64,000 nt of DNA from an uncultured virus (IMG/VR IMGVR_UViG_3300042446_000574). Lineage: Duplodnaviria; Heunggongvirae; Uroviricota; Caudoviricetes. How positions within the stretch are numbered: position 1 is the stretch's first letter; each line of letters opens with the position of its first letter. Location of the stretch: the IMG/VR virus record IMGVR_UViG_3300042446_000574, one strand, 5' to 3'. The position numbers were made by a program, and so were the translations under genes. Below are positions 1 through 10,693 of this stretch, piece by piece. The notes under the pieces are model-generated. The model had not been told where the DNA came from and did no database searches. It was given only the letters and a program-made list of their open reading frames with translations.

Positions 1-1105
1 CTGCAAGTGACTTGCTCCATCTGTTCGCCACAACAATCGCCGAGGCTGCCAAGTTTTGCAAGTTTAAAAATTCGCCCTCGTTTTCCTTTGAGGTCGGAAT
101 CCAATTTGCTTTTAATTTTTCGTCCCTTAGAACTTGTACAAATAACTTATGATTATTTGCCATGCCCGTGAACTTGCTTTCTATTCCTTCAACAAGCTTC
201 TTTGCCTCAGCTGGCGTAATTGAGCCAAAGAATTGCATAATACCCGAAGGCATGAAGCCGTTTTCAAATTTACTTGTATTAAATCGCTGAATCCTGTATT
301 CCATTTCAGCCCACATCTTTGCGCCAATCCACTCAGGTAAGCCAAAGTAAAAATAGCCTGCCGCGTATTGCTTAACATGGATAACGCTTCTTTGCGTTCC
401 GTCCTCAAATTTCTTAAAGTCTGGGTACATTGGTACCTCCCTGAATCCTTCGCTTTCGTAAAATACGCCGTCGGTGGTAAGTGGCACTTCTTCCCAGTTA
501 TCGTAAATGCCAACAGATTTTATTATCTGATCCGCTTCGGCTTTTCGAATACCAATGTTGTAAACGGGTACATGATAAATATAAGTGAATGGCTCTGATC
601 CTACTTTGCCTTTAACAATTTCGCAAAAGCTATTCCCAAAAGCATCATAGTCAAACGCAAGCTGAGCCAAAACTTCTTGCAGATTTTGACCATGTAAATT
701 AACCTGAGATATAACATCCTCAATTTCATTTAAAGAATCGTCGGTGATAACCTCACCCTTCATCGTGGTTGTAAGCAATGTATTTGCTTTGCCCTTCATA
801 GGAATGAAGCCGTCACCGACAACCATATTTGTTTTATCTTCGATTATTCTTCTTAATGTCGGCGAATTATTTACAATCGCAATAAGGCTTTTTAAAAAGT
901 CATCCTTTTGCGTGAAGAACCTTACCCATTTTGCCCCTGTGAAATCAAGCCTCTCCCGTGACGGCTCGTTAAAAATATCCTCCTTTACAAGCATGGTATT
1001 GGAGGTGTCTAAAGTAACGGAAGCAAGTAAAGGGCTTTGATTCCTTTTACTTACCCTGTTGTTCCTGTTCGGGACTGCCTGTATTTTCTTTAATTGTTGG
1101 CTCAT
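1..1105 (-). CDS. Portal protein, 3' end outside the window
   Basis: Collinear homolog of 40919-42328; ATG at 1105 (MSQQLKK). Confidence 0.8.
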   Translation of the reverse strand, partial: MSQQLKKIQAVPNRNNRVSKRNQSPLLASVTLDTSNTMLVKEDIFNEPSRERLDFTGAKWVRFFTQKDDFLKSLIAIVNNSPTLRRIIEDKTNMVVGDGFIPMKGKANTLLTTTMKGEVITDDSLNEIEDVISQVNLHGQNLQEVLAQLAFDYDAFGNSFCEIVKGKVGSEPFTYIYHVPVYNIGIRKAEADQIIKSVGIYDNWEEVPLTTDGVFYESEGFREVPMYPDFKKFEDGTQRSVIHVKQYAAGYFYFGLPEWIGAKMWAEMEYRIQRFNTSKFENGFMPSGIMQFFGSITPAEAKKLVEGIESKFTGMANNHKLFVQVLRDEKLKANWIPTSKENEGEFLNLQNLAASAIVVANRWSKSLA

Positions 1106-1289
1106 AGCTTTTTTTCTCGGGGGTAAAAATGACGTGTTGCCCAACGGTATGAGGGCTTGATGTGTACCAAGCCCTCAATTCGTTTTGTGAAAGTTCGCCG
1201 ATAGTTTTTCGAATAATGCCTGCTTTGCCCGAAAGGTCAGCCCCAACGTAAAGCATTTGTTTGCTTTTATCTCTAACTATCATATTCAA
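1047..1289 (-). CDS. Hypothetical protein (80 aa)
   Basis: Conserved in copy B (42282-42512). Confidence 0.65.
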   Translation of the reverse strand: MNMIVRDKSKQMLYVGADLSGKAGIIRKTIGELSQNELRAWYTSSPHTVGQHVIFTPEKKSYEPTIKENTGSPEQEQQGK

Positions 1290-1290
1290 A

Positions 1291-1839
1291 TTAATCTAAG
1301 GCGTTCATCACTGTTTCGCCGTTAACAATGTACCTTGCTTTGTTCGTGGTTCTGCAAGTAATGGTAAGCGTTTCTTGATTTGAATCGGTAAACAATGCAC
1401 CTGATAAACCTTCCGCGCTTGTCAACCTTGCAACCCTTTTCTTTGCCCCAATGGTTTCAACGCCCCATATCCAATAGTTACCCGTGTTTTCCACGTGTAC
1501 ACAAACCAAGCCACACGCCTGATTTGCCATGTCTTGAATAAGGTTTCTTAAATCCTGGTCACGGCAATTAATGATTCCCACCAAACTTTGCTCAATGGCT
1601 ACTGACAAAGTATCAGGATCTTGCGTCACAGTTTCCGTGAATGCTCCTGAGTTGTCTCTAAATTCGACTTCGTAAAACACGGCAGCCGTTGACGCCATTG
1701 TTATTGCCGTGGTTGCTCCCGATGCGTTATTGGTAATGCTTGTTACCTGATTTGCATTGGCAATGTAAAATTTACCAATACCACCAGCGCACGTTCCGTC
1801 TGTACATTGATTAAGCCAACCGCTTGTTATTGCGCTCAT
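1291..1839 (-). CDS. Probable major tail (tube) protein
   Basis: 182 aa, beta-rich, N-terminal C..GGI motif seen in Bacteroidota siphovirus tail tubes; follows the capsid gene. Confidence 0.6.
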   Translation of the reverse strand: MSAITSGWLNQCTDGTCAGGIGKFYIANANQVTSITNNASGATTAITMASTAAVFYEVEFRDNSGAFTETVTQDPDTLSVAIEQSLVGIINCRDQDLRNLIQDMANQACGLVCVHVENTGNYWIWGVETIGAKKRVARLTSAEGLSGALFTDSNQETLTITCRTTNKARYIVNGETVMNALD

Positions 1840-1848
1840 TCTTTTTTA

Positions 1849-2832
1849 TTAGTAGCCTAAGCTGATTAATGATGGGTGAATATAATTCACGCCCATTTTA
1901 AAGCGTGCCTTGATATACACCTTTTCGTCTTTCTGGTCATACCAAAGTTCTAAAGCCGTTTCAGGGCTTAACACGTCCGTCGCAAGCACCTTGTTTTGAG
2001 GCGTGGTATATTCAACATAATGCGGCTTAGTTGTTCCAAGTCCTGTTGCAATGTCATCCCAACGGAATTGAGGAATCACGGTTACACCGCGGAATGTGAA
2101 TTGTTCAACGCCGTTAATTAACTGTAATAAACCGTAGTCACCGCCACCGCCGTTTTCAATATCCTCACGAAGCTGAGAATAAACGCTTTGCGTTACATTG
2201 AACACCTTTTGGTTAGCTGGTAAACCTTTCAACTGCAAAGGAGCCTGGTCATACACCGCGCGAAGGATCGCAAATCCGTCACCAGCCGCAAGGTCTGTAC
2301 CTGAACCCGTGTTGCAACGTGGAACTAAATCTTGTGTAACCAACTGAGGGTAATAAACAGTCCAAAAACCATCAAGTGAATCAAAGTTAGGATTATTTGA
2401 AGACTGGTCACCGAAATAAGAAAGACGGGTAATGTCATTTCTTATCGCCTGTTGTGTACGGGTCAAAAGAATATTTTCAATCAAAGTTCCCGAAACATCT
2501 GGAAGCCTTGTACCTGTTTTCAATAACTCTTCAAAAACGGTATCCTCGAATTCATCCCAGCACATTTCAAGATCCACTTTCATTTTTTCAACGTCGATTG
2601 TACGCTGGTAAATGTCAACCGAGCCCACGGGATTAAATCCGCAACCCGAGTATTTACGTACAATGTTTTCCAACTGTTGTACGAAAACCATCTTCTTTTT
2701 ATTTGCAACGTTTCCAAGTACACGGAATTGTCCGCGTAAATCGTCATCAAAGAAAACTGGTTCTAAAAAAATGTTATTTGCCTCCGTACCTCTAAAGGAT
2801 ACGTCAAGTTGGCTTATTTCAACTAATGCCAT
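1849..2832 (-). CDS. Major capsid protein
   Basis: 327 aa downstream of the protease; only ~5 aa differ from copy B. Confidence 0.8.
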   Translation of the reverse strand: MALVEISQLDVSFRGTEANNIFLEPVFFDDDLRGQFRVLGNVANKKKMVFVQQLENIVRKYSGCGFNPVGSVDIYQRTIDVEKMKVDLEMCWDEFEDTVFEELLKTGTRLPDVSGTLIENILLTRTQQAIRNDITRLSYFGDQSSNNPNFDSLDGFWTVYYPQLVTQDLVPRCNTGSGTDLAAGDGFAILRAVYDQAPLQLKGLPANQKVFNVTQSVYSQLREDIENGGGGDYGLLQLINGVEQFTFRGVTVIPQFRWDDIATGLGTTKPHYVEYTTPQNKVLATDVLSPETALELWYDQKDEKVYIKARFKMGVNYIHPSLISLGY

Positions 2833-2844
2833 TTTTTTTTATTT

Positions 2845-3309
2845 TTATAAGTTTGGATAAGAAACGGTTGCAGACGTATTTGTTAAAACAAAAGCATCCT
2901 CAATACCAAATGAAAACTCTGTTTTTGCACCTGCGGTTGTTGCTACGGCAAATAATACCTTCCAATCATTACCCGCGTTCAATGCTGAAGTATTGATTTG
3001 TAAAATTGCCGTTGGTGCTGAGGATTGCCAGTTGGCGTATGCCTCATTTCCTGATTCGTCAATTACGGTAACCTTGTAAAAATCACTTGCACTTGTTACC
3101 CCTGTCAACGGTGCAAAGTTTAAACGCTTTCCAGCTGAGGAAGTGCCATAAGTGAATGAAACGGGAATTCGATCCGTAAAGGTATCGATACCGTATAATT
3201 GCTCCGCGTTTACTCCATTTGCGTTGGCATACGGGTTAGTGCGGTTTAAACTGTTTTGCCCGACGTATGTATTGCTATCGAGAAAACCATTGACGTTTGC
3301 TGTTGCCAT
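2845..3309 (-). CDS. Putative head decoration or structural protein
   Basis: Beta-rich 154 aa between protease and capsid genes; conserved in B. Confidence 0.45.
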   Translation of the reverse strand: MATANVNGFLDSNTYVGQNSLNRTNPYANANGVNAEQLYGIDTFTDRIPVSFTYGTSSAGKRLNFAPLTGVTSASDFYKVTVIDESGNEAYANWQSSAPTAILQINTSALNAGNDWKVLFAVATTAGAKTEFSFGIEDAFVLTNTSATVSYPNL

Positions 3310-4691
3310 TATCTTTGTGAGATTTTGTTTTGAACTAATGAAGCGAAAGAATCAAAGTAACTCGATTTCGCTTTTGTTTCTTGAACCTTTTCATGTGCTG
3401 AGCCGCCCGAAGGAAGTCCAACGCCTTTTTTTACTTGCGCCCTGAGTGCAACCAATTCATTTCCCAATGTTTCAAGAACCGTTTCGATTTCATTGATTGA
3501 GTTTTTTTGTTCATCGGTCTTTTTGTACATTGATTCCATTTCCTCTTTTTGCTTTGAGTTAATGGCATCCATTTCATCGGGTGACATTACAATGTAACCT
3601 TTCTCCTTTAACATGGAAATAGCCTTTTCAACTTCATCCATCTCAGGCTCCTCAATTACTTTTTCCTCCTGCTCAATAACATTTTCCACGGGTGGAGTTT
3701 CATCTATGCTATTAAGAAGGGATTTGATTTTTTCTAAAATAGAACTACCCATTTCATCTTCTTTTTTTGTGTTTGTTAATAATGCGGCTGGAACATTCAA
3801 GAACTTGTTTAGGCTATTTTGCAACGGTAACATATCTATGTTTTTTTCGCCAACTTTCACAATTTCATCAATGAAGCCAAATTCTAATGCTTCCTGAGCG
3901 GTCAGCCATGTTTCGGCTGCCATCATTTTTGTAATATTTTCTTGAAGGTTATTTTGGTATCCTTTGCGTTTATAAACCGCCGCCGTGTAAATGTCAAGTA
4001 ACTTTGCCTCCATCTTGTCCAATAATTCAGCCGTTGCCTCAAGTTCGTCGGCGTTACCCATCGTGTAACTCCAAGGTCGGTGAATCATCATGAAAGCGTT
4101 CTCAGTCATTTTAACATTATCCGCTGCCAACAATACAACCGTTGCAATGCTTGCTACCAAGCCGATTCCTGTTGCCGTGGTTTCCTCGGGGTAATTTGCA
4201 ACTAAATCAGCAATACCCATTCCCTCGGTGACGCTGCCACCGCCTGAGGATATTGTTAAATTAATTGGCTGCCCGTTCGCCTGGTTAATCTTTGTTCTTA
4301 CTGAGTTGTAAGAATTAACCGATTCCGAAATTTCCCCTAAAATATCTATACTTACTTTTGCCATGTTTTTTACTTTGTCCTTTTGTATTGCCTTGTACTT
4401 CGCCTCAGCCCAAACCCTCATGGCACTACCGCCCCATGCGTCATACATTACTGAGCCGCAAATTTCAGAACCGTCTTCATCAAAGTATTTCCCTTGGTCA
4501 TACGTTTCCGCGCGGCTTAAAAAGGAATATGTACGCTGAACCGTTTCTTCGCTTAATCCCTCACCGTTGGCGATTTGATTCGCACGTTGCCAACCGACAA
4601 GCGTACCGCAGTCAGACCCGTTCTTTTCCTTGTGGTCAAGTGCGCGTCGTGCGTTGTTCTTTGCGGCATCTGGATAATCGGCGTATGTCAT
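3309..4691 (-). CDS. ClpP-like prohead protease with C-terminal scaffold-like coiled coil and an extra ~109 aa N-terminal domain
   Basis: SSGGGSV, GLVASIA, MIHRP and ETWLTAQEALEFGFID ClpP motifs. Confidence 0.88.
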   Translation of the reverse strand: MTYADYPDAAKNNARRALDHKEKNGSDCGTLVGWQRANQIANGEGLSEETVQRTYSFLSRAETYDQGKYFDEDGSEICGSVMYDAWGGSAMRVWAEAKYKAIQKDKVKNMAKVSIDILGEISESVNSYNSVRTKINQANGQPINLTISSGGGSVTEGMGIADLVANYPEETTATGIGLVASIATVVLLAADNVKMTENAFMMIHRPWSYTMGNADELEATAELLDKMEAKLLDIYTAAVYKRKGYQNNLQENITKMMAAETWLTAQEALEFGFIDEIVKVGEKNIDMLPLQNSLNKFLNVPAALLTNTKKEDEMGSSILEKIKSLLNSIDETPPVENVIEQEEKVIEEPEMDEVEKAISMLKEKGYIVMSPDEMDAINSKQKEEMESMYKKTDEQKNSINEIETVLETLGNELVALRAQVKKGVGLPSGGSAHEKVQETKAKSSYFDSFASLVQNKISQR

Positions 4692-4717
4692 AAAAGAAAA
4701 ATAATTTATTTACAAAA

Positions 4718-5068
4718 TTACTCGGTCTCGTTTTTATCTTTTCTTTTTTGCTTGATTTGATAACCAAACCTTTCGGGGTGCTGAACCATGTTATAAACGT
4801 GCTTCTTTGAAATACCCGTTCTTATGCTTATTTCCATCATGGCATCCATTTTTGAATCATTTGAATAAAGGCTATTTGGGTAAAGCTGCATGACCATATA
4901 TTTTGCAACCGTCTTTTCCTTTACCACGTCTGTTTTAACGAGGAAGGAAATAAGATGAAAAAAACTGGGCGTAATGCCTTCCTTTTGGCAAAATGCACTG
5001 TATTTATTCAAGATTTCATGCGTAAAATCCTGTAATAAATCTTCATTAATCATTTCAAATTCATCCAT
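4718..5068 (-). CDS. Hypothetical protein with possible C-terminal HTH
   Basis: EISIRTGISKKHVYNMV is HTH-like; conserved in B. Confidence 0.55.
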   Translation of the reverse strand: MDEFEMINEDLLQDFTHEILNKYSAFCQKEGITPSFFHLISFLVKTDVVKEKTVAKYMVMQLYPNSLYSNDSKMDAMMEISIRTGISKKHVYNMVQHPERFGYQIKQKRKDKNETE

Positions 5069-5324
5069 TTTCATTCCAATATTGTACTATTTGCCTCATT
5101 TTACCGACTACTTTTGTCCTGCACGCGGGACAATTTCGCCGCTCAGGCTCGTAATGATTAACAAAATTGTTATAAATATTGAACAAATAATCCATGTCAT
5201 TCGGGTCAATGCTTAAAACCCTGTAAGTCCTGTTAACCGTAGCGGTAACTTGCGCCTTGTATTCCTCAGGGATTCGTGAACCAAGTTCTCCCCAGATGTT
5301 TCCTGTTTTCATGCAATTACACAT
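5061..5324 (-). CDS. Small Cys-containing protein (MCNC, CPAC)
   Basis: 87 aa, conserved in B. Confidence 0.65.
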   Translation of the reverse strand: MCNCMKTGNIWGELGSRIPEEYKAQVTATVNRTYRVLSIDPNDMDYLFNIYNNFVNHYEPERRNCPACRTKVVGKMRQIVQYWNENG

Positions 5325-8258
5325 TTATAAAGTGGCATTTATTTTTAGCTTATTTCCCTCAGCAAGATCGCGCGCAATGTCCTCGCTTACAACGTATGCT
5401 TGAAGCCTGTCAATCCTATTGTTTATCGCGTCTGTCTTTGCCTCCATGACTTGCAAAAATTCGTTCATGTTTCCCTGTAAACCTAAGCCTTGTATCGGTG
5501 GGTTAATCGGTGGAACCATGCCACCCTCGGCGAAACCTTTGATACCAAGTTTTCTAAAGGTTGGAGAACCGCCAAGTAAACTTTGTTGGCGTTGATTCAA
5601 TACAACCTCACCACGTTTAACATACGCAAGAACATTGTCACCATTTGACCGCGTTGGTATATTTTGCTTTTGATTTACCCGTTGCCCTGTGACAACGCCA
5701 CCCTCAGCAAGGGGCTGGGCTGCAATGGTTGCAATTTGAGCGGCTGCTGCGATACCCGTGGGAATAGCAAGTAAGAAGCTACCTTGTGCCAAAGCCCTTT
5801 GAAAAGCTAAAGCGCCTTGAATGATTGCTTGAATAATGGCAATACGTTTTTCTTCCTTTGCGGCTTTGATTCGTATCGCTTCGGCTTCCGCTTGTTGTTG
5901 CTTTAATAATTCCTTTTGGGAGGCAATGTCTCTTTCAATTCTTTTCTTTCTTATTCCACTTGCCTTTTCCGCTTTTGCTTCAAGTTCTGTAATATTGTTT
6001 TCCGTGTTCGTTATTTGCTCGTTAATTGCCTCAGCTTCTTTTTCCGCGCGTGCTTGCTGGAAGGTTGCGATAATGTCGGTAACTGATAAAATTGAATTAC
6101 TTACTGAATCAATTAATTTTTGAGTGTTTTCTTGTTTGTCTTTTAATTGCTGGTCATTTATTTCTTTTTCTTTCTTTGCTGCATCGGCTGAGTTTTTTAT
6201 AATTTCATCTTGTACCTTTTTTAAATCTTCCTTTTCCTTTTTTGCTAAATCGGAAGCCTTTACACTTTTTAAAGGAGTTGTTGTTAATGGAAGCGTTGCA
6301 AGTTGCTGGGCATCCTGAAGATTTTTAAGCAAGTTACCCCGTGACGCATCGGCTATGATTTGATTTTGTTCTTCAACCGCCGTTTTAATTTGGTTATTAA
6401 TTGCGTTCAACTTTACCGCAAGTTCTTTCTGTGTTCCTGAGCCAACCACGGCGTTGGAAAACGCGCTTTGTAATTCTGAACGTTGGTTTTCAAGTTCTGC
6501 AAGTGAACCTTCGGTGAAGGACTTAGCCACGTCCTTACCTCCTTTATTTGCCGTGGTGCTTAATTCTTTATTTTGGGCTTTTAACCTTTTCTTTTGTTCT
6601 TCGGCGTTTTGCTTTTCAAGTGCAATCCGATCCTTTTCAGCTTTCTCAATAGCTAACTTATCCTCCTTGTCTATCTTTTGTTTTTCGGCTCTAAATACAT
6701 CTCGATTTGCTTTTAATGCACCACTTATGCTTCCTGTTGTAAAAAATGTTGTTAAGCCTGCCCCCATGGCTTTTAAGGTTGCAGGAAACTCATTTGCAAA
6801 ATCAAGTAAACCGCCTAATAAGTTGTTAAAAAATATCTTTGCTTTGGAGGATATAATTGTAAATTCTCCGCCAAACTTTGTGAATGATTCATTTAATTCC
6901 GATTGACTTGCTTCTAATTCTAAGTTTGTTTGGTAAAGAATTTCCTGTTGTGTTTGATATTGGTTTGTTGACTTTGTTACATCGTTGGTATTTTTTAAAA
7001 TCTTTTCCAACGAAAGAATATAAGCTAACCCAGCATCTTCACCAGCTGCACCGAAAACGTCTGCGATAACCGTTTGTAATTTATCACCTGCAACTTCAGT
7101 ATCACCCATTTTTCCGCTAACCAATGATAAAGCTTCGGCGGTTGTAATTGAGCCGTTGTTTAAATTCTCAAATAATTCTCCAGTAAATTCTTCGCCAAAT
7201 GCACCCACTAAAGCATCTTTTGAAGTCTTTGTTTGTTCCCTAATTCTTAATCCAAATTCCTTTACAACATCCAAGCCTTTATCTGAATAAATACCCTGAT
7301 TTGCCGCCTCGATTGAAATGGCTAAATAATCTTTAATACTTAATCCAGCCGCCGCAAATTGAGCGGGATATTCTTTTAAGTTATCTAAGAACTCCCCATT
7401 ACTATCCGCTCCCTTTCTAAATCCTGCCTCAATGGCGTCCAATGCCTCATTGAAACCAATGCCTAATGCTTTACTTGCGGTATTGGCTGCAACGGTTATG
7501 TCATTTACATCTTTTTTATATGTGGTTGATATTGCTTTTGACTTACTTACAAAATCGGTCAATACGTTTCCTGTTGCGCCTGTGAAAGCTGCAACCTGAT
7601 TAGATAACTCTTTTGTTTCGGCAACTGATTCGTTTATACTTTGAAATATTTCAGATATGCCACTAAAAAGAGTTAATGCTATTCCAATAGCGCCAAGAGA
7701 TTTATTGAATGCTCCTGTTGTTTGTGTTAATCCATTTATTCCCTGAGATAAACCGCCTATTGTACCCGTCACTTGCCCCAATGTACCCCCAAGCTTCGGG
7801 AAAAATTGCCCCAATGCCTCAGTATAACTGCCCACGTTTCTTTGAAATTGACCAACCGTGGCGTCAATGCCCTTTAGTTTTTTATCAAGGTTGTTGATAC
7901 TTACAAGAAGGTCTTTTGCCTCCTGACTTGATTCCTGCTCAGCCGCCGCCAAATCCTTGTATCGGTTGCGCTGGTCATTCAATTCCTTGCTTAACTTTCG
8001 ATAAGCCCCGTTGGCTTTGTCGGTCGCGGTTATTTCTTCGTTACGACTTTTGATTTGTTCCTTAACAACTTTGTTAACCTCCATTTGCGCTGCCTTCAAG
8101 TCAACCAACTTTGCCTCAAGCTTCTTGATTTCTTGAACGTCCGTTGTTTTCTTGAGTTCCGCATTGACATCGGCAATGGCGCGTTTTAATTCCGTTGCCG
8201 TTTCAACTGTTTTGCCTAAACCGTCTATTACTATTTGAAAACCTATTACTTGTGCCAT
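5325..8258 (-). CDS. Tail tape measure protein (977 aa)
   Basis: Long Ala/Lys/Glu-rich coiled coil, QRNVGSY motif, DVVKEFGLRIRE, C-terminal AEGG repeats. Confidence 0.88.
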   Translation of the reverse strand: MAQVIGFQIVIDGLGKTVETATELKRAIADVNAELKKTTDVQEIKKLEAKLVDLKAAQMEVNKVVKEQIKSRNEEITATDKANGAYRKLSKELNDQRNRYKDLAAAEQESSQEAKDLLVSINNLDKKLKGIDATVGQFQRNVGSYTEALGQFFPKLGGTLGQVTGTIGGLSQGINGLTQTTGAFNKSLGAIGIALTLFSGISEIFQSINESVAETKELSNQVAAFTGATGNVLTDFVSKSKAISTTYKKDVNDITVAANTASKALGIGFNEALDAIEAGFRKGADSNGEFLDNLKEYPAQFAAAGLSIKDYLAISIEAANQGIYSDKGLDVVKEFGLRIREQTKTSKDALVGAFGEEFTGELFENLNNGSITTAEALSLVSGKMGDTEVAGDKLQTVIADVFGAAGEDAGLAYILSLEKILKNTNDVTKSTNQYQTQQEILYQTNLELEASQSELNESFTKFGGEFTIISSKAKIFFNNLLGGLLDFANEFPATLKAMGAGLTTFFTTGSISGALKANRDVFRAEKQKIDKEDKLAIEKAEKDRIALEKQNAEEQKKRLKAQNKELSTTANKGGKDVAKSFTEGSLAELENQRSELQSAFSNAVVGSGTQKELAVKLNAINNQIKTAVEEQNQIIADASRGNLLKNLQDAQQLATLPLTTTPLKSVKASDLAKKEKEDLKKVQDEIIKNSADAAKKEKEINDQQLKDKQENTQKLIDSVSNSILSVTDIIATFQQARAEKEAEAINEQITNTENNITELEAKAEKASGIRKKRIERDIASQKELLKQQQAEAEAIRIKAAKEEKRIAIIQAIIQGALAFQRALAQGSFLLAIPTGIAAAAQIATIAAQPLAEGGVVTGQRVNQKQNIPTRSNGDNVLAYVKRGEVVLNQRQQSLLGGSPTFRKLGIKGFAEGGMVPPINPPIQGLGLQGNMNEFLQVMEAKTDAINNRIDRLQAYVVSEDIARDLAEGNKLKINATL

Positions 8259-10693
8259 TAGCCTTTTGTTACGCCGTTTACAATAACTTCATAATTTGCC
8301 CCATCGTAATGGGTATCCACATTAATACCAATGGTTGAGCCACCAATAATATATTGAATGGTTGGAATCAATTTTTGTCCGTTCTGGAATACAAGTACAT
8401 TCGCATTCGTGTTTGATACCTGAGTGATACCTGAGTTAACCGCCAATACAAGTACATTGGTCATTGAGTTAAGGAACGGCGTATAAGATAACTGAATATT
8501 TACCGTCGCTCCATTTGCTCCAACTAATCCGCTGCCAGATCCTGTCACCGTGCCACCTTGCGGCGGTGCGCCTGCCAAGGTTATCGTATTACTTACTTTG
8601 CTTAAGTCATTTACATTTGGCTTTTCGTCGTATAAAATAACCGTTCTTGCTGGGCTATTGCTTTTGGGATTGTATTCCAATTCTTGAATGATGAAATTTG
8701 AACTTCCAATCATTCCCTTGCGCCTGAATGACAGTTGCGTTATGTCCTTGTTTTCCCATTTGACAAAGGTCGTGTATTGCTTACCAAGTTCAATGCGTTT
8801 ATAAGTTTGCAAGTGAAAAGTTTTGAAAACGCCTTGCATCACATTTGTATAATTTGTGACTTCGTCGGAAAAAGAAAGGTTAAAATCTCCGCCGCTCGGG
8901 TCATTGTAATTTACCATGAAAGCCGCTGGAAAATCAAAAGCCGAAGCCGCTGAACTTGCTTCATCGAACAAACGAACATACCCGTCTAAGCCGTTGCGCC
9001 TTCCTGCGTAATAAAGCAAACGAGGTGCCAAGTTATAATTGGGTTCAGCATCTGGCACGGTGTTATAATCGTCACCGAAAACAAGGGGCATCTGCGCCCC
9101 GTATGTTCCACCCGTGGTAATGGCAACGTCGTTTATATGAATCGCTTTTGCAAAGAACTTTGTATATAAAAATTCAATGCCACTCGGGAATCTGTCCTCT
9201 GGGAAATTGTAACCACCTGAATAAATGTTAACGCCGCGCCTTGCCTCCTCTTTGTTTGTTGTATCGTCGTCCGTGGCGTATGCCAGCACCTGACTTGATT
9301 TATAATTATCTAATATCGTCAATTCACTTCCATCAATGTCACGGGTATTCAAATCGTACTTATTCGTGTCCTTAAAAAAACCGTCAAAGGTTGTAAGGGT
9401 AATCGCTCCGCTTGCGTTTGCCCTGTACCTTACCGTATAATTGTCCTTTGGGTATGCATACACTTGTTTGCTTAATACGTCGGTTTCCCATGCAAGATTG
9501 AAAATGGTTGTTAAGTCTGCGATAATATCCTTTACATACCATGAATTAGGTATAATGTATTCCAAGTTCACCGTTTCACCTTGCTCTAATCCTTCCTTTT
9601 GCGCAACCACGGACAAAGAACCATCAATGGTAAGGCTAAAGGTTACGTTCTCGTACCTCAACCGCATTTTAACTAAGTCCCCTGCGACCAAGTCCCCAAG
9701 GAACTCAAGGGCAATGGAATCATTCAATGATGTTTCATTTGTCAAATCATACGTTGAAACGTTGTTTCCATTAACCTCAAAGAAAAGAATGAGTTCTGCG
9801 AATTGGTTTATGTCACCGATTGAAGCCGTTAAGTTAACGTTTAACTCAGCAATCAACTCGTATAAAGCATTAATTGGAACGGTGTAAACGCCGCCTGAGT
9901 AATTGCCACCCGTATCAAAGTTAGGTGACGTTGTTTCGTTTGTGAATGCAATGTCAACCGTGCCGTAATCACCCGCAGAATAAACGAATGATGAAGGCGA
10001 AGGATTGGAAGCTCTCATGTTTACAAAATCCGCAATATAATCAGCATCTAAGTTAAGACCCATGGGAATAATCAAGCGGGAAAAAGGATCTGTTTTGAAA
10101 ATACTGTTTAATTGGTATCCTTTATTTTGAAAAGCCTTTTCCAATATTTGCCAAATGAAAATGGCAGGCGTCAACTCATTGTCAACAATGTACGTTTCGT
10201 TTTCCCACGCTTTCCATTTCATCAAGATGAAGCAATGTTCCGACGTCAATGGATTGTAATTCGTTTTAACCGTTGCCGTGGAAACGGTTATATCCTGCCA
10301 ACCAAGTGACCTGACTAAGATATTACCCACGTCGGCAAACCAATCTGCGTTGTTTCCAATCAATGCGACCTTGTAATTATTCGCCTTGAATCCGTGGTTC
10401 ATCGCATTTAATTCACCTGAATCCAACCGTGCTTTTCCCGTGAGAATTGGAACGCCATTTGCCTCCAGCCGTGCGGGTAATAACTTGTAAGCATTGTTAA
10501 CAATGACGTTTGGCGTCTCAATGTTTTCAAATATTTCTATGTTTGTCTTTGTGCCTGGTAATGTTACATTCCTTTTCGAGTGCGCGCCCGATATGTTACC
10601 AAGTTCAATGTTCTCAATGGAATAATCAATGGTTACATTAACATCCTTTTGGTTTAAATCGACTTCTTGATTATTTATAAATAATTTTATCAT
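8258..10693 (-). CDS. Tail tip / baseplate hub-like protein (811 aa)
   Basis: Size, position beside the TMP gene, N-terminus IKLFINNQEVDL...SKRNVTLPGT. Confidence 0.6.
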   Translation of the reverse strand: MIKLFINNQEVDLNQKDVNVTIDYSIENIELGNISGAHSKRNVTLPGTKTNIEIFENIETPNVIVNNAYKLLPARLEANGVPILTGKARLDSGELNAMNHGFKANNYKVALIGNNADWFADVGNILVRSLGWQDITVSTATVKTNYNPLTSEHCFILMKWKAWENETYIVDNELTPAIFIWQILEKAFQNKGYQLNSIFKTDPFSRLIIPMGLNLDADYIADFVNMRASNPSPSSFVYSAGDYGTVDIAFTNETTSPNFDTGGNYSGGVYTVPINALYELIAELNVNLTASIGDINQFAELILFFEVNGNNVSTYDLTNETSLNDSIALEFLGDLVAGDLVKMRLRYENVTFSLTIDGSLSVVAQKEGLEQGETVNLEYIIPNSWYVKDIIADLTTIFNLAWETDVLSKQVYAYPKDNYTVRYRANASGAITLTTFDGFFKDTNKYDLNTRDIDGSELTILDNYKSSQVLAYATDDDTTNKEEARRGVNIYSGGYNFPEDRFPSGIEFLYTKFFAKAIHINDVAITTGGTYGAQMPLVFGDDYNTVPDAEPNYNLAPRLLYYAGRRNGLDGYVRLFDEASSAASAFDFPAAFMVNYNDPSGGDFNLSFSDEVTNYTNVMQGVFKTFHLQTYKRIELGKQYTTFVKWENKDITQLSFRRKGMIGSSNFIIQELEYNPKSNSPARTVILYDEKPNVNDLSKVSNTITLAGAPPQGGTVTGSGSGLVGANGATVNIQLSYTPFLNSMTNVLVLAVNSGITQVSNTNANVLVFQNGQKLIPTIQYIIGGSTIGINVDTHYDGANYEVIVNGVTKG

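Noticed and set aside
181..1040. ORFs 181-513, 368-598 and 744-1040 as genes, or a broken portal in copy A
   Set aside because: They are alternate-frame or antisense shadows of the portal gene, which simply runs off the window edge; the same shadows occur in B.
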